DNA from: a virus
Lineage: Duplodnaviria; Caudoviricetes
DNA length: 62,770 nt
IMG/VR virus record: IMGVR_UViG_3300028423_000363
Coordinates: 1-62,770 of that record
Strand: one strand, 5' to 3'
Part shown: positions 1 through 8,400 of the stretch, one piece after another
Layout: the number at the start of each line of letters is the position of its first letter
Position numbering within the stretch: position 1 is the first letter of the stretch
The notes under the pieces: model-generated
The model's database searches: none
What the model was told of the DNA's origin: nothing
Seen by the model: the letters and a program-made list of their open reading frames with translations, nothing else
Program-made: the position numbers and the translations under genes

Positions 1-819
1 GTTCATAAATGTAAGCCTATACATACTGATATGTACTTATACATTGTTGATTTATGGAATAGACTAGGTCAAAAAAACACCTTTGGTTTACCGACAACTA
101 TAACTATGGAGGTTTTAGGTATAGGATCTTATAATACTTATAAAAAAACTTATCAAGATTTAATAGACTTCGGTTTTATAAAAGAAATAAAGAAATCAAG
201 AAATCAACATCAATCCAGAATAGTTGCCCTGTCAAAAAATGACAAACCACTTGACAAATCACTTGATAAAGCTAGTGCAAAAGCAGTTGATAAATCACTT
301 GACAAAGTAATTAACATAATAATAGAACAATTAAACAAGGAACAACTAACCATTGAACAATATGTTGAATTTATTAAGGATATAGATTTTAGTAAGAATG
401 AAAAGGAAATTAATATAGATAATCAAACTACTTCAAGTTTTCAGGATAAGAAAAAATCAAAAGATTTTTCTGACGAAGTGATAAGAAGTTATAATAGCTT
501 AGTTAAATACTTTCCTGAAGAGTTAAGACCTGAAAAAAATAAGTCTTGGTTAGAAACGATTGATAAGCTTAATAGAATAGATGGTCATAGTTTCGACCTC
601 ATAGAAGAAGTAGTTAGAAAGACTAGAAATGACAACTTTTGGAGACAAAACTTTTTATCATTACCTAAGCTTCGAAATAAAAATAAAGACGGTGTGCAGT
701 ATTTCTTAGTTTTTAAAACTAAATTTGCTCAGAAGAAAGATAATCACTGGAAAGATAATCCAAATTCAAAAAACATAACTATGGAAGAATTAATTGAACA
801 GGACACGCATGGACATTAA
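1..819 (+). CDS. Replication initiator / replisome organiser (lambda O-like, N-terminal wHTH); 5'-truncated by the window edge
   Basis: Frame is open from base 1 (VHKCKPIHTDMYLY...). N-terminus resembles Bacteroidota phage initiators (NRLGxK-FGLPT...SYNTY..T..DL.DFGFIK). Carries internal 12-bp repeats and lies directly upstream of the primase-helicase. Confidence 0.6.
   Translation, partial: VHKCKPIHTDMYLYIVDLWNRLGQKNTFGLPTTITMEVLGIGSYNTYKKTYQDLIDFGFIKEIKKSRNQHQSRIVALSKNDKPLDKSLDKASAKAVDKSLDKVINIIIEQLNKEQLTIEQYVEFIKDIDFSKNEKEINIDNQTTSSFQDKKKSKDFSDEVIRSYNSLVKYFPEELRPEKNKSWLETIDKLNRIDGHSFDLIEEVVRKTRNDNFWRQNFLSLPKLRNKNKDGVQYFLVFKTKFAQKKDNHWKDNPNSKNITMEELIEQDTHGH
241..312 (+). repeat. Six tandem imperfect 12-bp repeats (GAYAAAtCACTT), iteron-like candidate origin
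   Basis: GACAAACCACTT GACAAATCACTT GATAAAGCTAGT GCAAAAGCAGTT GATAAATCACTT GACAAAGTAATT, inside the initiator gene. Confidence 0.6.
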
Positions 820-2635
820 TGGTTTCGAAATTAAAGACTACAATATCTATGATATCCCTAGCAAATCTAAATATCATACCTGCCCTAAATGCAGTAAAGA
901 TAGAAAGAAAAGCAATGACAAGTGTGCTTATGTTAATTGGGATAGTGGCATACTAAGTTGTCAGCATTGTGGAGAATCAACTCAAATGCACACATTTAAA
1001 TCAACTAAACAAAGAGAAAAAAACTATGTAAAACCAAAGATTAACCTTAGTAATCAAGGTAAGTATTCAGATAACTTCATTAAATACTTTTTAGACAGAG
1101 GTATTTCACAAACCACAATGTCAACCTTCGGAATAAGACAAGACAAAGAGTATATGCCTCAAGAGTCTAAAGAGATGAATGTGATTTGTTTTGATTATTT
1201 ATTAGACGGAGAAGTTATTAACGTTAAGTATCGTGACGGAAAGAAGAACTTTAAGATGTATAAGGGTGCTGAGAAAATCCTTTACAACTTAGACAAAGCT
1301 ATAAATGAAGATTATATTGTTGTTGTGGAAGGCGAGTTTGATTGTATGAGTTTTCACGAAGCAGGGATTGAAAGTTGTGTGTCTGTACCTAATGGCTTTA
1401 ATCTTAAAGGTAATATTAACTTAGATTACTTAAATGATTATACTGAATACTTCGAAAACAAAGAAACTGTTTACATTGCTGTAGATAACGACGATGCAGG
1501 TAGAAAAGGTCAAAAAGAATTAGTAAGACGAATAGGTGCTGACAAATGTAAAATAGTTGATTTCGGAGATTGTAAAGATGCTAATGACTATTTGATTAAG
1601 CACGGAAAGAAAGCTCTTCGTGAATTGCTTAAAGAAGCTAAGCAAGTCCAAATGGAAGGAATATTCACAGCTAACGACGTCAGGTCTTCGATGTATGATA
1701 AATACAGAAATGGTCAAGAAAGAGGTACGACAACTTACGTGGATAGCTTAGACCCTGCATGGACTTGGAGAGGCGGAGAAGTTAACCTTTGGACTGGATA
1801 TCAAAACGAAGGCAAGTCTTTATTTTTAAATCAACTTTGTGCTGTTAGAGCTTATTGGGAAGATGCTAAGGTTGCTGTTTTTAGTCCTGAAAACTTTCCT
1901 GTTGACGACTTTAATAATGATATTATAGAAATGTTTATAGGTAAGTCTGTTGATATTTACTATAAGAATATTTATATGAATGAGAAAGAGTTTGAACAAG
2001 GCTTTAATTTTGTTAATGATAATTTCTTTTTAATATATCCTGAGAATAACTTTAGCTTAGACTCTATTTTTGAAAGAACTAGATTTCTTATTAAAACTAA
2101 AGGAATAAGAACATTAATCTTAGATCCTTACAATACTATTGAACATAAAATGAATAGAGGAGAGCGAGAAGATTTATATATTAGTAGGTTTATGGCTAGA
2201 CTTAAAAGATTTGCTGTAGAGTATAATATAAGCGTAAACCTTGTTGCTCACCAAAATACAGCCAGGATAGATGTTGACAATGATGGAAGATACAGGAAAC
2301 CTGATGTTAATAATATTAAAGGAGGTGGTACTTTCGCTGATAAAGCTGATAATGTTATTTCCATATGGAGACCTAATAGAAAATTAGATTACAAAGACAC
2401 TACTGTGTGGTTTATGTCTCAGAAAATTAAAAAGCAGAAGTTAGTTGGTATACCTCAAGAGATACAAGACATTACTTTTAGTGTAAAAGAAAACAGATAT
2501 TACTTTAATGGGTTTAGCCCATTTCAGAAAATAGATAAACACAGAAAAGGAGAAAGCGTTGAGCAGATGACTATAGAAAACAAAAAAGATTATGAACTTC
2601 CTAAGTTAGACCCTAACGATGATTGCCCTTTTTAA
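794..2635 (+). CDS. Primase-helicase (T7 gp4/Twinkle-like: Zn finger, TOPRIM, SF4 helicase)
   Basis: CPKC...CQHC zinc ribbon, VVEGEFD and VDNDDAG TOPRIM motifs, Walker A GYQNEGKS, LILDPYN, LVAHQ. True start is probably ATG 809. Confidence 0.92.
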   Translation: MNRTRMDINGFEIKDYNIYDIPSKSKYHTCPKCSKDRKKSNDKCAYVNWDSGILSCQHCGESTQMHTFKSTKQREKNYVKPKINLSNQGKYSDNFIKYFLDRGISQTTMSTFGIRQDKEYMPQESKEMNVICFDYLLDGEVINVKYRDGKKNFKMYKGAEKILYNLDKAINEDYIVVVEGEFDCMSFHEAGIESCVSVPNGFNLKGNINLDYLNDYTEYFENKETVYIAVDNDDAGRKGQKELVRRIGADKCKIVDFGDCKDANDYLIKHGKKALRELLKEAKQVQMEGIFTANDVRSSMYDKYRNGQERGTTTYVDSLDPAWTWRGGEVNLWTGYQNEGKSLFLNQLCAVRAYWEDAKVAVFSPENFPVDDFNNDIIEMFIGKSVDIYYKNIYMNEKEFEQGFNFVNDNFFLIYPENNFSLDSIFERTRFLIKTKGIRTLILDPYNTIEHKMNRGEREDLYISRFMARLKRFAVEYNISVNLVAHQNTARIDVDNDGRYRKPDVNNIKGGGTFADKADNVISIWRPNRKLDYKDTTVWFMSQKIKKQKLVGIPQEIQDITFSVKENRYYFNGFSPFQKIDKHRKGESVEQMTIENKKDYELPKLDPNDDCPF

Positions 2636-2710
2636 CATTTAAAGTGTTGTGTATATGAGTGTTATTAACTACTTTTGTCAAGTAAAATGATCAATAAACT
2701 TGACATTAAT

Positions 2711-2838
2711 AACGGATTACGGCTATGAAGCGTTGCCGAGTAAAACGCTTGAACTTTTAAATTATAAACAAAATGGATATACACCCGCAACACACAAATA
2801 TAGCACAGGGCAAAGGCAATGATTTTATAGCCGATGTT
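2711..2838. repeat. attC-like site (long loop containing the start of ORF 2773)
   Basis: AAC-GGATTA-CGGCTATGAAGCGTTGCC (2720-2737) ... GGCAATGATTTTATAGCCG (2815-2833)-AT-GTT. Confidence 0.7.
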
Positions 2839-3021
2839 ATAAACTGCCCTGATGAATTAGAGCCAGTTTTGGCACAAATAGAACATATAAACGATTTAGG
2901 TAAATCTAAATGGTACGAGGTAGTTTACTATGACGGGAACTGGCGTTCTTATAGTGGAAGCAATACTTTTGATGATGGTGAAAAGGTTTTAAAATGGAAA
3001 TACTGTAAGGGTTGTTTATAA
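2773..3021 (+). CDS. Cassette-encoded hypothetical protein spanning the crossover GTT in frame
   Basis: 82 aa. GTT 2836 is codon 22 (Val). The stop TAA lies within the closing TAAC core. Confidence 0.7.
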   Translation: MDIHPQHTNIAQGKGNDFIADVINCPDELEPVLAQIEHINDLGKSKWYEVVYYDGNWRSYSGSNTFDDGEKVLKWKYCKGCL

Positions 3022-3312
3022 CGTAAAAGTATAACAGTAGTAACAGAATATAAACTTTAAAATTAAAATAAAATGGCAAAACCAATTTTTATAGTAGAAT
3101 CACCAATTATGCAAACACAAGAAGAGTTTGTAAACACACAAAAAGTATTAGAAAATAAATTAAATGACTACCACGTTTTGATAGTACAAACCAATGTAGA
3201 TGATTTTAATTTTAAAGTTTTTTACGATAAAGACTTTACAGAAATTGAACTTAATGATTTAAGAAAATACATTAAAGAAAAATTAAAGTAGTTATTACTG
3301 TTATGCATTGTT
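3020..3312. repeat. attC-like site with a complete ORF in its loop
   Basis: AAC-GTAAAA-GTATAACAGTAGTAAC (3029-3044) ... GTTATTACTGTTATGC (3291-3306)-ATT-GTT. Arms are identical to those at 55275-55562. Confidence 0.75.
3073..3291 (+). CDS. Hypothetical protein inside the attC-like loop
   Basis: 72 aa with an A-rich leader. The stop TAG overlaps the first base of the right arm. Confidence 0.75.
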   Translation: MAKPIFIVESPIMQTQEEFVNTQKVLENKLNDYHVLIVQTNVDDFNFKVFYDKDFTEIELNDLRKYIKEKLK

Positions 3313-3359
3313 ACTTGCAGTGCGCCTATTAAGTGTAATTGTTTGGCGCATTGCTATGT

Positions 3360-3425
3360 AACATTTCGGCGATATGATTTGCGCCTTTATGGATTGAGTG
3401 ATTAGCGTAAATTATATTGCGTGTT
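3360..3425. repeat. attC-like site (66 bp)
   Basis: AAC-ATTTCG-GCGATATGATTTGCGC-20 nt loop-GCGTAAATTATATTGC-GT-GTT. Confidence 0.75.
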
Positions 3426-3460
3426 ATATGCCGATAGGGAACTGTAAAAATTAAGAAGAT

Positions 3461-3703
3461 ATGAAAACATTTAAAGTAAATACTGTGCAAGATATGATTG
3501 ACTGCACGAATGAAAACAACTTAGATAATTTTTTAGTAGATTTAAAAAAGATTATTGAAGCAGCTCATTATTTTAGAGAGTTAACTGATAATATGGCTGA
3601 GAAACAAAACATTTCTAAAAAATTAACGGAACTGAAAAGCAAAGGATTTGAATGGATTGACGATAGCAAACACGAAATAACTATCGAATTAAGCAGTAAG
3701 TAA
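3461..3703 (+). CDS. Cassette-encoded hypothetical protein
   Basis: 80 aa, between GTTATATGC (3423) and GCATATAAC (3720). Confidence 0.75.
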   Translation: MKTFKVNTVQDMIDCTNENNLDNFLVDLKKIIEAAHYFRELTDNMAEKQNISKKLTELKSKGFEWIDDSKHEITIELSSK

Positions 3704-3855
3704 TTTTTATTGCATATAACACGTGATAACATCATATATTGAACTAAAACATTATTAATCATGTAGTTACATAATATAAGTAGTTCGGAAGTGAACTTTT
3801 TATTTTTTAATTAAGTGATGAAGAGTTTGTTTTCGAACTACACTAAAATAAGATT

Positions 3856-4071
3856 ATGACGACATTTCAAGATTTACTAAAATTAAAAACAAAAAAAGGA
3901 GTTCCTTATAAAATAACTTCTATAGAGAAAATCAAAGACACAAAAAAATGGCATAAAAAAAAGAAAGATTATACTTATTCTTGGGAAATAATAACTAAAT
4001 TTGACGGAAATATAAGGTTTAAACTAACCTTAAACAACAACGACATAATAACAAATCAAGAGAAACTATGA
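3856..4071 (+). CDS. Hypothetical protein
   Basis: 71-aa ORF, translationally coupled to the next gene (ATGA overlap). Confidence 0.65.
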   Translation: MTTFQDLLKLKTKKGVPYKITSIEKIKDTKKWHKKKKDYTYSWEIITKFDGNIRFKLTLNNNDIITNQEKL

Positions 4072-4394
4072 GTGATTCAGTAACTAAGTTTTATGATTCA
4101 TTAACATCCGAAACTATTAGTGGCGATTTAAAATTAGCACATGACATGAAAAACAGTATAAAGCCTAAACATTACGAATTAATGGGAGTAGAAGTTAAGG
4201 ATATTTTAGAAGAGGTTTTAGATAAAGTCGAAAAAAGCAATTTCAATATGTCTTTAAATGAGGCAGGATGGTATCAACAAGCTATGCAATACTTTCTAAG
4301 ATTCTACGCTAAGAATGGTTTAGAAGACTTAGAAAAAGGTATAGAAGCTATGAATATTTTAGTTAAAAGTATAAAAACAAAAAACAATGAGTAA
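4068..4394 (+). CDS. DUF3310-like (SaV-like) phage protein
   Basis: IKPKHY...EVKD...YFLR...KNGLEDLEKG signature. Confidence 0.7.
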   Translation: MSDSVTKFYDSLTSETISGDLKLAHDMKNSIKPKHYELMGVEVKDILEEVLDKVEKSNFNMSLNEAGWYQQAMQYFLRFYAKNGLEDLEKGIEAMNILVKSIKTKNNE

Positions 4395-4644
4395 GAAAAA
4401 AGATTTACCAAACCACAAGATTGCAGTATTAACAAGTTTGTTAGTAGATGAATTAGATAGTCTTAAACCAACATCTGATAAAGGACAAAAAGTATTGAGT
4501 CTTGGTCGTGAATTGCAGGAAGAGTTAATGCCTGTATTAGATAATTTATACACTCTCGAAGGAGTAAGCAAAACAACTTATCTCTCAGACCTTGCAAATA
4601 AGGTGGACACAGTAATCAGAAAAAACTATAGAAAAATAAATTAA
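4387..4644 (+). CDS. Hypothetical protein
   Basis: 85 aa, overlaps both neighbouring genes in the operon. Confidence 0.7.
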   Translation: MSKKKDLPNHKIAVLTSLLVDELDSLKPTSDKGQKVLSLGRELQEELMPVLDNLYTLEGVSKTTYLSDLANKVDTVIRKNYRKIN

Positions 4645-5276
4645 TGAAAGTAGAATTATTAGACGTATTCGGAAATGATCTAATGATAGCTAATGCAGCT
4701 AGAGTTAGTTACGGAAAATCAAAAAATTTCTTTGACGAAAAAGACGAGAAGCTTTTAAGGTTTTTAGTTAAACACAATCATATATCTCCGTTTTTTCACC
4801 CTAAGCTACAGTTTAGAATAACTTGCCCTATATATGTCGAAAGACAATTAAAGAAAACAACTATAGGTGTTGACGAAAATAGTATAAGCGGTAGATATGT
4901 AGACTTTAGTGATACTTACACTAGAATAGAAAATTGGAGGAAGCAATCAACATCAAGTAAACAGGGAAGTTTCGGTAGTGTCGAAAATCAACATAAATGC
5001 TCTCTAATAGAAGATAATATTATAGAGGTATGCAAGAAGGCTTACGAAGATTTAATTAACGAGGGCGTCTCTAAAGAGCAAGCAAGAAGTGTTTTGCCAT
5101 TAAGTTTAAACACAACAATGATATGGACAGGAAGTCTTCAGGCTTTTTTAAGGCTTTGTCAATTAAGATTAAAAGAAGATGCTCAAATAGAAACAGGAGA
5201 TGTTGTTCGTGAAATGTTGAACGAAGTCAAGAAGTCTGGTAGTTTTGATAAAACATTATTGATATATGATTTGTAA
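4644..5276 (+). CDS. thyX: FAD-dependent thymidylate synthase ThyX
   Basis: ANAARVSY, HISPF, RQL...NSISGRY, KEQARSVLP, LRLKEDAQIE motifs. Confidence 0.92.
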   Translation: MKVELLDVFGNDLMIANAARVSYGKSKNFFDEKDEKLLRFLVKHNHISPFFHPKLQFRITCPIYVERQLKKTTIGVDENSISGRYVDFSDTYTRIENWRKQSTSSKQGSFGSVENQHKCSLIEDNIIEVCKKAYEDLINEGVSKEQARSVLPLSLNTTMIWTGSLQAFLRLCQLRLKEDAQIETGDVVREMLNEVKKSGSFDKTLLIYDL

Positions 5277-5382
5277 AAGAAAAATATTAAAATGTATCGC
5301 TACAGTAACAGTGTTTTTTAGACGTTCAAGTTTGGCATATGATTATAGAATTGCCATAGCTAAATATTCAGTTCAAACATTT

Positions 5383-5412
5383 AAAACCCCCTTTGATTAG
5401 GGGGTTTTTTTT
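5383..5412. terminator. Bidirectional intrinsic terminator between convergent replication and virion blocks
   Basis: AAAACCCCCT-TTGATT-AGGGGGTTTTTTTT. Confidence 0.85.
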
Positions 5413-8400
5413 ATTTAAAAATATCATTTAACTCGTCTTCACTTCTAAACAAATCAGAATTGATATCTTTACCTGTATTCTGTTCTACCGACTTGATTAT
5501 ATCTTTTATAGATTCAGCTCTTTTACTTGAGTTAGCAGCACTTCTAGCTTGTTGATAATTCAAGGCTTTCCTTATTAATCTTGGTGCAGGTATTCTTATT
5601 GTTGATAGTAAAAACTTAGTTAAGAATTCAGGCATCTTTTCCTTAGCCTTTCTTCTTGTTTCAAACTTTTTAGCAGATTTTACTCCAGGAATTTCACCTG
5701 TTTTAGAAGCGTTTTCTATGAGACCTATACTAGAGTTAGCAAACGAACTATAAGCTCCTAACAGTTTTGTACTTGATTTCAATATACTATAAGAACTAAG
5801 TATTAAATCTCCGTTTTCATCTCTAGGAATTATAGAGTAAGTTAACGAGTCTCTGAAATTGTAAGAGTTGTCATCTCTAAGACCTACATCTACACCGAAA
5901 CCTACGTTTAGTGATTCTATACCTGTTGAAGCTAAAACCTTTTGTAAGTTCCCAAGCCTTCTCATAACAAATACATTAGCAGCTAAAGACATCCCTTCGT
6001 TATAAAGCATTTTACCAAACTCTTTATCCTCTTCTTCGTCATACTCGCTTTCAAGACCAAACACACCCATTATAGTATCTAAAACAGTTCCGTATGCAAA
6101 TTGCATCCCAAAGTTATAAGCACTCATTCTAAATAAAGTAGCTCCTAATAATCTAGCACCTCTACCTCTAGACATATCTCCTCTTTTTCCTGCAAGTGCA
6201 TCAACACTTTTGACTATAGAAGAAAATTCAGCCATTTGAAACCTCGTCATATACTTATTAAACATTTTGAGTATATTCGCTCTTTCTTCAGGATTTAATT
6301 GAGAAAAAGGAGTGCTTTCAAAAGGGTTTAAAGACGAAAATCCTTGAGATAAAACTTCATCTGCATATCTAACCGATTCATTAAGAGGTTCTATTACAGA
6401 ATCATAATATATATTATCCTCTTTCATTCTGTTAACATCTAAAGCCTTACCTGTAAGTTCTTTAAATCTAGTTTTAAAACTACCCTCCCATAAAGGAATA
6501 GCTACAGCTCTATCTGGTGCTTCTAATAATATCGAGTTAACACTTTTTATTAACCTGCCGATACCTGGCTCTTTCTTAGAAGACGTTAACTCTCCTGCCT
6601 CAACTTCTTTATACAAACTTGTCGAAGCTACAAATATTCTTGATGATTGAGCAGAGTTACCTATCCTAGCTATAAACTCTAGGTCTTCATAACTATCTCT
6701 AGCCCCTTTACTGGTTCTGTTTTTTAGCCCATAAGCTAATTCTTTAGGGTTGTTAATTATAGCAAAAGACAAGTTACTCGTTAACTCCACTCCTGCCCTC
6801 ATAGGGTCTGCTAATTGATTGTAATAACCAATCTCATTTATCCGTTTAGCAAACTTTTCGGCAAAGCTATTACTTGTATAGTAAGATGAAGCAAACTCAT
6901 TCCTAAAAACCTTTGTAAATAACTCTTTAGATGCTTCGATAAATACTCTTCCGTTTTCATCTATATTTTCATTATTTAAAGCCCTATTCATAGTTGAATT
7001 AAACTCTTTTATAGCAGGCAACATATGATAACTTCTGTATATTTTGTCAACATTTCGGCTGAAATTTTCTACATAGTTGAAATCTAAAGGATTCACACCT
7101 GCTGTTCTTTCTATTAAAGAGCCTAACTCAGAAAAATAAGCACCTCCTTCTAAAAATGAATCAGCTTCTTTTATTATACTACTTAAGTCAACTTTCTCTT
7201 TAGTTCTCACATTTAAAGGTACATAATAGTCGAATATTTCAGGAGTTTTACCTTCCATAGTTGCAACATCTATAGACATTTGCTTCCCTTTATTATTGTT
7301 GAAATTCTCTATTATGTCAAAAACTTGCTTCTCATCTTTCTTTAGGCTTTTTATTGATGCCTCTACATCTATACTTCCATCGTTTTTCTTAGGCAACTCT
7401 CTGTAAATATCCTGAACATAAGTTAAGTTTTCTCTGTATCTGTCATCCCTATTGGACTTAGCGTAAACTTCAGATGCTTTAATATATTCTTCAGGTCTAA
7501 TTCTTTTTTTAGTGTCTATGTTTTTGTTTATTTCATAAAACTTCTGAAGCTGTATTAAGTATATCTTAGCATTAAACTTCATTTTGTTAACTCTAGACCT
7601 AGACGCTTGAAGATTAACCTTGAGTACCTTCTCTCTTTTTACATTGAATATATCTAAAGCAGCAACTCCTTCTCCTTTTTGTTTGTTAATAGAGTAAGAA
7701 CCAAAACCTTTAGCGACAGATTCCATTCCCATGTACTTATAAAGCTTACCACTTTTCTTTCCTTTCAAAATGTTATCTAAATCTCTTAATTGGTTTCTCT
7801 CGGCATACCTAAACATTCTGTTTTCAGCGTCATTTTTAATAGAATTTACAGCCGCATCATAAGAATCTCTAAGTAAATTTCTATATTTCACCCCGTCTAG
7901 CTCTTGCTGAATCCCTTTATTGTTTCTGTCAGCCTTTACACTATTCATAATACTCCTAACACGAGGAGTGATAGCACCTCCTTCAGAGATTATATCTATA
8001 TTATTATTTAATACTTCTAAATCTGTATTTGTAAACCCTTTAAGCTCATCTTTTGTTATAGACTTTATAAATGCAAAATCAGTTATTTTATCTTTAGCTA
8101 CATTCTCTATTGATGTTTTCTTTTTGGATTCAAACTCACTTAATAACCCTGCATCAACCTCTTTCTTATCTTCTTTAGTTGATACTTCTTTTTCTACACT
8201 AGGTTGATTATTAAATATTTTAGCAAACTTTCTTGTTGTAGGCTTAGATTTTATAGGATTAAATCTATTACCTTTAACATTGTTAACATACTCTTCAAAC
8301 TCTAATAAATCGTTCTCTGATAACAGTTCAGGGTTTATTTGTAAAGACCTCACAAGTTCTCCATTCTGAGGTATATATTTTCCACCTCTATTTTTTTTGT

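Larger units (their letters stand above)
2661..3738. mobile_element. Integron-like gene-cassette array 1 (4 cassette bodies, 3 attC-like sites, terminal attI-like motif)
   Basis: Complementary cores: GTTATTAA 2661/TTAATAAC 2713; GTTATAAAC 2836/GTTTATAAC 3022; GTTAC 3310/GTAAC 3362; GTTATATGC 3423/GCATATAAC 3720. Units are separated by 16-18 bp hairpins. Confidence 0.75.

Noticed and set aside
3780-3841. Hairpin GTAGTTCGGAA...TTCGAACTAC just right of array 1
   Set aside because: Lacks the AAC/GTT cores; may be a decayed unit but cannot be supported.
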